This document shows, in pieces, positions 16,239-25,149 of a DNA stretch of 40,618 bases. A program made the translations under genes and the position numbers. The notes beneath the pieces were generated by a model. It was not told the origin of the DNA and made no database searches. It worked only from the letters and a program-made list of their open reading frames with translations. Each line of letters opens with the position of its first letter. Position 1 is the stretch's first letter. The stretch comes from an uncultured Gemmatimonadota bacterium (GTDB lineage: Bacteria; GCA-2686955), in assembly GCA_964490075.1 (NCBI GenBank), contig CAZBBK010000011.1:62001-102618 (forward strand), given 5' to 3'.

Positions 16239-18038
16239 TTGCGCCGCCTCCTCCCCGCCGTCCTCTGCGCTCTGTCGACCGCCAGCGGCTGTTTCCATGA
16301 CCCCACGTCGACCGATGAAGGAGGCGGCCCCTACCGCTTCGAGCTGCGCGCGCCGGGCGCCGACTCGGTGTTCGTGGAGGGCAGCTTCAACCAATGGGCG
16401 CCGCGCGATCCCGAGTGGCGGATGGACTGGGTGGAGGGCTCCGATTCGACCCTGCAGGCGATCGAAGCCGACCACCTGCCGGAGCGCTTCTCCTACCACT
16501 ACGCGGTCTACGCCCAGGGGCGCGAGGGGCGGATCGAAGACCCCTTCGGCACCGCCAGCGGCGATCTGCGCCTCGATCCCTTCCAGACCCGGGTCGATCG
16601 CGGCCTGACCCCGCCGCGCCCGCTGCCGGCGCCGATCGATCCGAGCCGCCTGGTGATCTACGAGATGCTGGTCTCCGACTTCTCCGCGGGAGGCGGCTTC
16701 GCCGAGGTGGTGGAGGCGCTGGAGGGCGGGGATCACCCCCTGGTCGAGCTCGGCATCAACGCCCTCGAGCTGATGCCGGTCCACCCGGTTCCGGGCGACT
16801 TCTCCTGGGGTTACGACTGCGGCTCGCACTGGTCGGTCGACCCCGGATACGGTGGGGCACGGGGCCTGCGCGACCTGGTCGACGCCTGCCACGCGCGCGG
16901 CATCGCGGTGCTGCTCGACGTGGTGCTGAACCACTCGGGCGGCCATCACCCGATCTCCGAGCTGGAGTGGCTCACCGGTCGCTACTACTACTACGACCCC
17001 TCGAAGGAAAACGCGTTCGGCCTGCCGGAGTACGACTGGGACAACGCCGACCTGATCGACTACTTCGTCGAGGGGCTGGCGCATTTCATCGAGGACCTGG
17101 GAATCGACGGCTTCCGCTACGACTTCGTCGAGGGCGAGGCTTACTCCGACTGGGCGAAAGTGGTGCTGCCGCTGAAAGAGCGCTTTCCGGAGACCTTTCA
17201 CATCGCCGAGAGCTTCGACTCCAGCGGTGGGGCGCTCGACCCCGCGATCGGCTTCGACGCCCAGTGGGGCGGCCAGTCCTCGTCCTACGGCGGATCGGTC
17301 AACAACTATCACCAGCGGCTCAACGCCAACCTGGCCGAGTCGGCCTATGTCAACCGCTACGGCGGCGTGATCGGCACCTTCTCGCCCGATGCCTCGCCGA
17401 TGCTGGCCACCGCCGACGTCACCGAGTTCCACCCCGGGCGCGGCTCCTGGCGCGATATCAAGTACCTCGAGAGCCACGACGAGCGGCGCGTGGTCGAGCA
17501 GGTCGAGGGCTCGGGATCGTCGGCGGCGCGCGCCATCGGCGGGCTGCAGAAGTCGCGGCTGGGCGCCATCAGCCTGATGACCTGCGTCGGCATCCCGCTG
17601 CTCTACCACGGTCAGGAGATCGGGGTGGACAACCCAATCGCGGCCGATCCGGCCCCGAGCCCGATCGACTGGACCGCCGGCGACGCGTCACTGCGCGACC
17701 ACTACCGCCATTTGATCGAGCTCAGGCTCGGCGAGCCGGCGTTGGCTTCCGACGCCATCGAGTTCCTGTGGGCCGCCGGCAGCGCGCCTTCGGCGCCCGA
17801 CGAGACCGCGCGCATCCTGCAGTACCTGCGCGGCGAGGAGGGCCAGGAGGTGCTGGTGCTTCTCAACTTCGACCACGAGGAGCACCAGGTCGTGGCGCGA
17901 TTTCCACGCCAGGGGGCCTGGGCGCTCTTCGATCCAGCAACCGGCGGCCGCGACGAAACCCTCGAGGTTCCGCCAGGCGGCGAGGTCGAGGTGCTGGTGC
18001 CCGCCTCCGACGGCCTGATCTACCTGAACCCCTCGTGA
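16239..18038 (+). CDS. GH13 alpha-amylase family glycosidase with N-terminal CBM48-like domain, probable lipoprotein
   Basis: VFVEGSFNQW (CBM48-like), IYEM, ELMPV..SWGYD, DVVLNH, GFRYD, AES, LESHDE; lipobox-like TASGC; TTG 16239 behind GGAGG. Confidence 0.88.
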   Translation: MRRLLPAVLCALSTASGCFHDPTSTDEGGGPYRFELRAPGADSVFVEGSFNQWAPRDPEWRMDWVEGSDSTLQAIEADHLPERFSYHYAVYAQGREGRIEDPFGTASGDLRLDPFQTRVDRGLTPPRPLPAPIDPSRLVIYEMLVSDFSAGGGFAEVVEALEGGDHPLVELGINALELMPVHPVPGDFSWGYDCGSHWSVDPGYGGARGLRDLVDACHARGIAVLLDVVLNHSGGHHPISELEWLTGRYYYYDPSKENAFGLPEYDWDNADLIDYFVEGLAHFIEDLGIDGFRYDFVEGEAYSDWAKVVLPLKERFPETFHIAESFDSSGGALDPAIGFDAQWGGQSSSYGGSVNNYHQRLNANLAESAYVNRYGGVIGTFSPDASPMLATADVTEFHPGRGSWRDIKYLESHDERRVVEQVEGSGSSAARAIGGLQKSRLGAISLMTCVGIPLLYHGQEIGVDNPIAADPAPSPIDWTAGDASLRDHYRHLIELRLGEPALASDAIEFLWAAGSAPSAPDETARILQYLRGEEGQEVLVLLNFDHEEHQVVARFPRQGAWALFDPATGGRDETLEVPPGGEVEVLVPASDGLIYLNPS

Positions 18039-18064
18039 TGCGCCATCGAGAGACGAGGAAGCAG

Positions 18065-20866
18065 ATGACACGCTCCCCGCTGCCCGCGATTCTCCTGGCG
18101 CTGCTCGCGACCACGCTGCTCCCGCCGCCGGCCCGCGCCGGCACCACCGGCAAGATCGCCGGCCGGGTGGTCGATGGCGAGACCGGAGAACCTCTGCCCT
18201 ATGCCAACGTGGTGCTGGTCGGCACCCAGGCCGGGGCGGCCACCGACGACCAGGGGCGTTTCGTGATCCTGGGCATCACACCCGGTCGCTACAGCGTTCG
18301 CGCCGCCTACCTCGGCTACGCCGAGACCACGCTCTCCGACGTCCGTGTCAACATCGACCACACCACGCGCTTGATCCTCGAGCTGCGCTCCGAGGCGATC
18401 GAGGTCGGCGGCACCGTGGTGATCGCCGATCGCGAGTACTTCCAGAAAGACCTCACCGCCTCGCAGTCCTTGGTCGGCGCCGAGGAGATCGAGGCGACCC
18501 CGGCCACCGAGCTCGGCGATCTATTGGAGTTACAGGCCGGAGTCACCACCGACGCCGGTGGAGGTCTGCATTTTCGCGGCGGGCGCTCAGGCGAAGTCGC
18601 CTTTCTGGTCGACGGGGTGTCGTTCACCGATGCCTTCAGCGGCGGCCAGGCGGTGGCGGTGGAGACGGCGTCGATCGAAGAGGTGCAGGTGATCAGCGGC
18701 GCCTTCAATGCCGAGTACGGGCAGGCGATGAGCGGCGTCGTCAACATCGTCACCAAGGAAGGCGCCGGCGAGTGGACGGGCAACTTCTCGGGCTACAGCG
18801 GCGACTATGTCGCGCCCAGCAGCGAGACTTTCTGGGGGATCGAAAAGCTGTCGCCGACCGCGGTGCGCAATCTGCAAGCGACGCTCTCCGGGCCGCTCCT
18901 GCACAATCGCGTGTCGCTCTTCGCCTCGGCGCGGGCGGTCGGATCGGACGGCTACCTCTACGGCCGGCGGGTGTTCAACTTCTACGATGTCGCCGACTTC
19001 AGCAGTCTCGACAGCGACGATTGGCAGACCATCGCCACCGGCGACAGCTCCCTGGTAGCGATGAATCCCTATCGCAAGTACTCCGCCCAGACCAAGCTCA
19101 CGGCGCACCTGGGAGCAGGTTTCAAGCTACGCTACAACCTGCTGCTGGAGGATTCCCGCAGCGATAGCTACAATCACTTTTTCCGCTACAATCCCGGCGC
19201 CGGCCCCACCTACCGCAAAACCGGCGTCGCCCACACCGCCACCGCCACCTGGGCCTTCGGCGCCAACGCCCAGACCTTCGTCGACTACGGCATATCGCGC
19301 TTCGTGAACCACCAGCAGTCATGGCGCTTCGCCGACCGCCGCGATCCGCGCTACTACTTCTCCGACTTTCTGGATCAGGTGCCGCCGCACGGCTACTCCT
19401 ACTCCACCGGCGGTGTCTTTCCCGGTTGGTGGGAGCAAGAGACCGCCACCGATGTATGGAAGGTCGACCTGACCTCGCAGATCGATCTGCACAACATGAT
19501 CAAGCTCGGAGCAGAGCTGCGCCGTCACCGCCTCGACACCTTCAGTCAGTGGGTGATCGACGGCAAGGTCGGCGATCCCTTCGTCGAGACCTTTGCGGTG
19601 CGCCCAGGCGATCTCGGCGCCTATCTCCAGAACAAGCTCGAGGTCGAGGACTTGATCCTGAACATCGGTGTGCGGCTGGATCGTTTCGATCCGGCCAGCG
19701 TGATCCCCTTCGATCCACGCGATCCGAACGTCGAGTCGCCGCTGCGCAGTTTCTTCGATCACTCCTCGGGACGGATCGTCGGCTTCGACGACGTGGTCGA
19801 TCCCGGCGCGGGAGGCGACTATCGCGGCGGCCGCCCGGTCTACGAGGGGAGCGCCTACCAGGTCGCCTGGAACGACACCCGGGCCACAGAGCTGCGGCGC
19901 CAGTTCATGTACAAGCCGGCTACGGTCAAGTACCAGATCTCGCCACGCGTGGGACTCTCCTACCCGATCACCGACGAGGGCGGAATCCACGTCAGCTACG
20001 GACATTTCTTCCAGATGCCGACGCTCGCCACCATCTACAGCAATCCCGAGTGGCGACTCGGCGACGGTGTCGGCATCACGGCGCTGATGGGCAACCCCGA
20101 TATCGAGGCTCAGAAGACGGTGCAGTACGAAATCGGATTGCAGCAACAGATCGGCGACGGCGGGCGGCTCTCGGCCGATTTCTTCTTCCGGGATTTTCGC
20201 AATCTCCTGGCCTCCGATCGCATCGTCGAGACCTACTCCGCCGGCAAGAAGTACGCCCAGTACAACAATCGCGACCAGGCCAACGCGCGCGGCATCGCGC
20301 TCACCTTTTCCGACGAAGGCGAGCGGCTCTACTGGAGCTTCGACTACACCTTCCAGATCGCCGAGGGCCTGGCCTCCGATCCCGCCCAGGCCTTCCGCCG
20401 CCTGGCCGCCGACCTGGAGCCGCTGCCGCAGCTGGTGCCCCTCGACTGGGACCGGCGTCATAATTTGAACGGCCGACTGGCCTGGAGCAGCGCGCGCTGG
20501 GGTTTGTCCGCCCTGGCCAAGCTCTGGAGCCCTACTCCCTACACTCCCGACATCCGCCAGGTCGGCGCGGCGGTGGAGAACGGCGGCAGGATTCCTCCCT
20601 TCTACGAGCTCGATCTCGAGGCCTACTACAAGATCGACCTGGGGTCGGTGGACCTGGAGCTCTTCGGAACGGTGTTCAACGCGCTGAACCGCAAGAACGA
20701 GCTCTTCGTCTATGCCGACACCGGACGCGCCACCGAGAGCCTGGCCGAGCTGGAGGCGAATGAGCTCTCGACCGAGTTCGTCAACAGCGTGGAGTCGTTC
20801 TTCGACAACCCGAGTCTGTTCTCGGCGCCGCGGCTGGTCCACATCGGCGCCTCATTGAACTTCTAG
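18065..20866 (+). CDS. TonB-dependent receptor with N-terminal carboxypeptidase-regulatory-like domain
   Basis: Signal peptide then GTTGKIAGRVVDGETGEPLPYANV; plug HFRGGRSGEV..GAFNAEYGQAMSGVVNIVTKEG; C-terminal Phe (..GASLNF); the true gene is the 3' part of ORF 16394..20866. Confidence 0.92.
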   Translation: MTRSPLPAILLALLATTLLPPPARAGTTGKIAGRVVDGETGEPLPYANVVLVGTQAGAATDDQGRFVILGITPGRYSVRAAYLGYAETTLSDVRVNIDHTTRLILELRSEAIEVGGTVVIADREYFQKDLTASQSLVGAEEIEATPATELGDLLELQAGVTTDAGGGLHFRGGRSGEVAFLVDGVSFTDAFSGGQAVAVETASIEEVQVISGAFNAEYGQAMSGVVNIVTKEGAGEWTGNFSGYSGDYVAPSSETFWGIEKLSPTAVRNLQATLSGPLLHNRVSLFASARAVGSDGYLYGRRVFNFYDVADFSSLDSDDWQTIATGDSSLVAMNPYRKYSAQTKLTAHLGAGFKLRYNLLLEDSRSDSYNHFFRYNPGAGPTYRKTGVAHTATATWAFGANAQTFVDYGISRFVNHQQSWRFADRRDPRYYFSDFLDQVPPHGYSYSTGGVFPGWWEQETATDVWKVDLTSQIDLHNMIKLGAELRRHRLDTFSQWVIDGKVGDPFVETFAVRPGDLGAYLQNKLEVEDLILNIGVRLDRFDPASVIPFDPRDPNVESPLRSFFDHSSGRIVGFDDVVDPGAGGDYRGGRPVYEGSAYQVAWNDTRATELRRQFMYKPATVKYQISPRVGLSYPITDEGGIHVSYGHFFQMPTLATIYSNPEWRLGDGVGITALMGNPDIEAQKTVQYEIGLQQQIGDGGRLSADFFFRDFRNLLASDRIVETYSAGKKYAQYNNRDQANARGIALTFSDEGERLYWSFDYTFQIAEGLASDPAQAFRRLAADLEPLPQLVPLDWDRRHNLNGRLAWSSARWGLSALAKLWSPTPYTPDIRQVGAAVENGGRIPPFYELDLEAYYKIDLGSVDLELFGTVFNALNRKNELFVYADTGRATESLAELEANELSTEFVNSVESFFDNPSLFSAPRLVHIGASLNF

Positions 20867-20885
20867 CGGAATCGATATCAGTCCC

Positions 20886-23800
20886 ATGGAACGCCCCATC
20901 CTTTGGATTCTCGCCGCGCTCTTCTGTGGCGCGCCGGCGGCGCCGGCGGCCCCTTTCGATCACGACGACCTGAGGTCGGGAGACGCGACCTGGCGGCGCA
21001 AGGGGGTCCACAGCGGCAACAAAGTGCGCACGGTCTTCTACAACTTCGGGCTGGTGGCGAATCTGAACGAGATCTCCGGCGAATGGCCGATCGGCACCGG
21101 CAACTACTACATCGGCGACGTGACTCCAGTGGTCGGTGTGGAGTACGTCAACGCCCTCGGCGACACAGTCCACTCCGTGGTCACCTGCGACGGCCCGCGC
21201 GGCAACTCCGACGGCCCCGGCGGCGGCGTCTTCTGGGGCTTGGAGCCGATCCCGGACTTCCTCAACGAAGCCCAGGACGGGGTGGCAATGAGCCATCTGC
21301 CGGGCACCTGGCCCGCCCACTGGCCCGACCGGGCCGGCTCCTGGGACGGCTTCTGGAACGGATTCTTCGGGCGCGGGGTCCAAAACGCCGACCAGGAATC
21401 GTTCTTCTACATGGACGACGCCGCCGACGCCGAGTTCAATTCCGCCGACGACGGCACCACGCTCTGGCTGCCCGATCCGTCTCAGCCGGAGCGCGATGGC
21501 CTCGGGTTGGTGATGCGGGTGCGCGGCTTCCAGTGGTCCCATTTCCTCGCCGAGGACGTGATCTTCTGGCTCTATGAGGTCACCAACATCTCGGTCCACG
21601 ACTACGACCGGGTCGCCTTCGGCATGGTGGTCGGCACCCTCTCCGGCGGCCGCGACGACGCCAACGACGATCTGGCCTTCTTCGATCTCGAAGACGACAT
21701 CACCTACTCCTGGGACTTCGACGATATCGGCAGCCCCGGCTGGGTGCCGGTCTCCGAGACCATCAACGTCGGCTACGTGGGCTACGCTTTTCTCGAATCC
21801 CCCGGCAACCCCTTCAACGGCATCGACGACGATGGAGACGGAGAAGAGGGCAGCCCCTTGATCGACCGCGGCATGCTCTCCGGCGAGATCACCGGCAACG
21901 GCATCGACGACAACGAAAATGGCTTGATCGACGAAGGCGAGCAGCACATCGGCCTGGGCTACGCCGACGGGGTCGACAACGACGCCGACGGCGACACCGA
22001 CGAGATGATCGACGAACGCCGCGACGACGGGATCGACAACGATTCCGACTGGGATCCCTTGCTGCACGACACCGGCGCCGATGGCGTGGCCGGCACCGGA
22101 GACGAGGGCGAGGGCGACGGCATCCCCACCGCCGGCGAGCGCAACTTCGACGCCACCGACGTCGACGAATCGGACCAGATCGGACTGACCAGCTTCGACT
22201 ACTTCGCGCCATCGAACGTGGTCAAGATGAACGACGACGAAGGCCTCTGGGAGCGCCTCGAGCCGGGGCGTTTCGACGTCGTTCCCGGGCGCCCCGAGGA
22301 CGGCGACTTCATCTACGGTTCCGGGCTCTTCCCGCTGAAGTCGGGCCAGACCCAGCGCTTCTCCATGGCCCTGGTGTTCGGCGAGGATTTCGAGGATATC
22401 GTCGAGAACAAGCGCACCGCTCAGAAGATCTACGACGACAATTACAACTTCGCCCGCCCGCCGGCCAATCCCACCGTCTGGGCGGCGGCCGATTCCGGAA
22501 AGGTGACGCTCTACTGGAACGGCGAGGATTCGGAAAACAGCTTCGACGACGTGCTCGGCTACGACTTCGAAGGCTACAAGATCTACAAGTCGACCGAGCC
22601 CTTCTTCAACGAGAGCTTCACCATCACCGACGCCAAGGGCCGCAAGACCTTCAACGATCCGCTGGCGCAGTTCGACAAGGTCGACGGCAAGTTCGGCTTC
22701 TTCGAGGTGCCGATCGAAGGGCGCGGCATTCAGTTCTTCCTCGGCAACGAGAGCGGACTGCGGTACACCTACGAAGATACCGACGTCACCAACGGCCGCA
22801 CCTACTACTACGCGGTGGTCGCCTACGACCACGGCAGCGTCGACAAGAACATGCAGCCGGCCGAGAACACCAAGTCGATCACCGAGCTGGAGAGTGGGGT
22901 CTTCATTTTCGACGACAACACAGTGGCGGCGACGCCCGGAGTGCGCGCCGGCGGCTATCGAGGTCCGCAGGTGGGCGACTGGCAGCATGAGGGAGGGGCA
23001 ACGGGCTCGCTGGCCGTCGAGGTGGTCGATCCGACACAAGTCCTCGATCGTCGCTACCAGATCAGCTTCCAGGACAGCACTTACTGGAGCGGCGACACGC
23101 TTTTCGCGCGAGCCACCACTTCCTACTCGGTGCGTGATCTGGACACCGATTCTCTGGTGGTCGATTCCTCGCCGAAGGTCCAGGGCGGACCCAGCGACGA
23201 TTTTTTCGCCGGAATGCGCGTGGTGCTCGACAACCAGACCCGGATCGAGGTGATCGACTCGCTCTCGCAGTGGAGTGGAGCCGCGGCGGCGACCTACGAG
23301 GTTTCACTCCGGGTCTTCAACTTCCGGCGGACTCAGGGCCACGAGTGGCCGGGGGTCTACGAGCTGCGCGTCACGGACCAGATCAGCGGCCGCTCGACTT
23401 ACTTCGAGATCGACGACATCATCGGCACCATCCCGGTTCCGGAGCAGGACACCCGTTTCGATGTCGTGGCGACGACGGCGGGGCTCGAGCAGCCGGTGGA
23501 GTTCGCGTTCTGGGAGCCGACCAACCCGGACGGCGCGCTTTCGCCGGGGGATCAGATCATCCTGCTGCAGACCGATCCGGACGATTCGGAGACCACGCTG
23601 GCGACCTGGGCGATGGTGATCGAAGAGGGCGGCGGCGAGCCGCCCGGCGACGGTGCGCGCTACACCGCCACCACAACGGTCCCCTTCCGCGGCGGCGCCG
23701 ACGGCGATCTTTTCGAGTTCAGCGCCCTGCCGGCGAGCGCCTCCGGCGGCCCGGACAGCAGCTACGACATGGCGCGGATCAAGGTGGTGCCGAACCCCTA

Positions 23801-24086
23801 CGTGGCCGGCAACGCGCTGGAGCCGCGCCAGCTTTTCTCCAACGAGCGCGGCGAGCGGCGGCTGCTCTTCACCCACCTGCCGCCGCGCGCCACGATCCGG
23901 GTCTACACCCTGCGCGGCGAGCTGGTCGACACCATCAAGCACGACGGAGGCGATGCGCTCGACGGCACGGCGACCTGGGATCTGCGCTCCCGGGACAACC
24001 TGGAGATCGCCTACGGCGTCTACCTCTACCACGTCGACGCGCCGGGCTACGGCGTGCAATCCGGGAAGTTCGCGGTGATCAAATGA
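20886..24086 (+). CDS. Large secreted hypothetical protein with acidic Ca-binding-like repeats, FN3-like domain and T9SS/FlgD-like C-terminal domain
   Basis: Signal peptide; NGIDDDGDG-type repeats; VTLYW..FEGYKIYKS..TYYYAVVAYD; C-term IKVVPNPY..IRVYTLRGELV..WDL..GVYLYHV..GKFAVIK. Confidence 0.8.
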   Translation: MERPILWILAALFCGAPAAPAAPFDHDDLRSGDATWRRKGVHSGNKVRTVFYNFGLVANLNEISGEWPIGTGNYYIGDVTPVVGVEYVNALGDTVHSVVTCDGPRGNSDGPGGGVFWGLEPIPDFLNEAQDGVAMSHLPGTWPAHWPDRAGSWDGFWNGFFGRGVQNADQESFFYMDDAADAEFNSADDGTTLWLPDPSQPERDGLGLVMRVRGFQWSHFLAEDVIFWLYEVTNISVHDYDRVAFGMVVGTLSGGRDDANDDLAFFDLEDDITYSWDFDDIGSPGWVPVSETINVGYVGYAFLESPGNPFNGIDDDGDGEEGSPLIDRGMLSGEITGNGIDDNENGLIDEGEQHIGLGYADGVDNDADGDTDEMIDERRDDGIDNDSDWDPLLHDTGADGVAGTGDEGEGDGIPTAGERNFDATDVDESDQIGLTSFDYFAPSNVVKMNDDEGLWERLEPGRFDVVPGRPEDGDFIYGSGLFPLKSGQTQRFSMALVFGEDFEDIVENKRTAQKIYDDNYNFARPPANPTVWAAADSGKVTLYWNGEDSENSFDDVLGYDFEGYKIYKSTEPFFNESFTITDAKGRKTFNDPLAQFDKVDGKFGFFEVPIEGRGIQFFLGNESGLRYTYEDTDVTNGRTYYYAVVAYDHGSVDKNMQPAENTKSITELESGVFIFDDNTVAATPGVRAGGYRGPQVGDWQHEGGATGSLAVEVVDPTQVLDRRYQISFQDSTYWSGDTLFARATTSYSVRDLDTDSLVVDSSPKVQGGPSDDFFAGMRVVLDNQTRIEVIDSLSQWSGAAAATYEVSLRVFNFRRTQGHEWPGVYELRVTDQISGRSTYFEIDDIIGTIPVPEQDTRFDVVATTAGLEQPVEFAFWEPTNPDGALSPGDQIILLQTDPDDSETTLATWAMVIEEGGGEPPGDGARYTATTTVPFRGGADGDLFEFSALPASASGGPDSSYDMARIKVVPNPYVAGNALEPRQLFSNERGERRLLFTHLPPRATIRVYTLRGELVDTIKHDGGDALDGTATWDLRSRDNLEIAYGVYLYHVDAPGYGVQSGKFAVIK

Positions 24087-25132
24087 AACCAGCACGGCTG
24101 ATCGCGGCGCTGACCGCCGCCCTCGCATCGGCGGCGGCGGCGCAGACCAACGTGGCCACCACCGCGGCGCCCTTTCTGACCCTGGGCGTGGGAGCGCGGG
24201 CCACCGGAATGGGCGGCGCCTTCGTGGCCGAGGCATCCGATGCATCGGCCCTGTTCTGGAACCCGGCCGGTATCGCCCAGACGCCTGCGCCGGAGCTCTT
24301 CTTCCAGCATTCGCGTTGGCTGGTCGGCATCGACTTCGAGTACGCCTCGCTCTTGCTGCCGGCCGGCGGCGGCTCGCTGGGAGCGTCGCTCACGCTGCTC
24401 GATCTGGGCGAGATGGAGGTGACGACACTCGAGGAGCAGGAGGGCACGGGCGAGCATTTCCGCCCCCGAGACCTGGCGGCGGGCATCGCCTACGCCGTGG
24501 AGCTGACCGACAGATTTTCGATGGGCGGCCAGCTCAAGTACATCCGGCAGACCATCTGGCACGAATCGGCCAGCGGCTGGGCGATCGATGTCGGCACCCT
24601 CTACCGGGTGCCCTGGCGCCGGCTCACGATCGGCTCCTCGATCGCCAACTTCGGACCGCGGATGCGCATGGAGGGGCTCGATCTGCGCACCACCAAGGAC
24701 CTGGACGAGCGGATCGACGGCAACAACGACAACACGCCGGTGGTGCTCGAAGTGAGCCGCTGGAACCTGCCGCTGCTCTTCCGTGCCGGAGTCGCCGTCG
24801 ATCTGGTGGAGTCACGGATCGTTCCCGTGCGCCTGGCGATCGACGCTCTCCATCCCAACGACAACACCGAGAGCCTGAACATCGGCATCGAGACCGGGCT
24901 TTCGGAGATGCTCGATTTGCGCCTGGGCTGGAATCGCTTGCTGCTGCGCAACGCGCTCGAAAGCCTGGGCCTCGACTTCCAGCGCGACGACTCGATCGAG
25001 GGCGGTCTGACGGCCGGCCTCGGTCTGGCGCTCGACATTCCCGGAGTGGGCGGCCTGGCCGTCGACTACGCCTGGGCCGACTATGGTCGACTCGAATCGA
25101 CTCAGTTCTTCACACTCGGGCTGAGTTTCTAG
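24083..25132 (+). CDS. PorV/PorQ-family outer-membrane beta-barrel
   Basis: AAPFLTLGVGARATGMGGAFVA..DASALFWNPAG signature; C-terminal Phe; ATGA overlap with upstream gene. Confidence 0.88.
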   Translation: MKPARLIAALTAALASAAAAQTNVATTAAPFLTLGVGARATGMGGAFVAEASDASALFWNPAGIAQTPAPELFFQHSRWLVGIDFEYASLLLPAGGGSLGASLTLLDLGEMEVTTLEEQEGTGEHFRPRDLAAGIAYAVELTDRFSMGGQLKYIRQTIWHESASGWAIDVGTLYRVPWRRLTIGSSIANFGPRMRMEGLDLRTTKDLDERIDGNNDNTPVVLEVSRWNLPLLFRAGVAVDLVESRIVPVRLAIDALHPNDNTESLNIGIETGLSEMLDLRLGWNRLLLRNALESLGLDFQRDDSIEGGLTAGLGLALDIPGVGGLAVDYAWADYGRLESTQFFTLGLSF

Positions 25133-25149
25133 TACCAAGGAGATCTGCG

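Noticed and set aside
16394-18064. Apparent 1490-aa TonB receptor with long N-terminal extension
   Set aside because: The extension is an alternative frame of the GH13 gene; signal peptide and RBS place the start at 18065
21816-22060. Repeated GGCATCGACGAC/AAC units as a CRISPR or DNA repeat array
   Set aside because: Degenerate, in-frame and protein-coding; no constant repeat-spacer periodicity
23270-25149. N-terminal extensions of ORFs 23270..25132 and 24316..26259
   Set aside because: Off-frame read-through over upstream genes; real starts at 24083 and 25150 have signal peptides and overlap/RBS support
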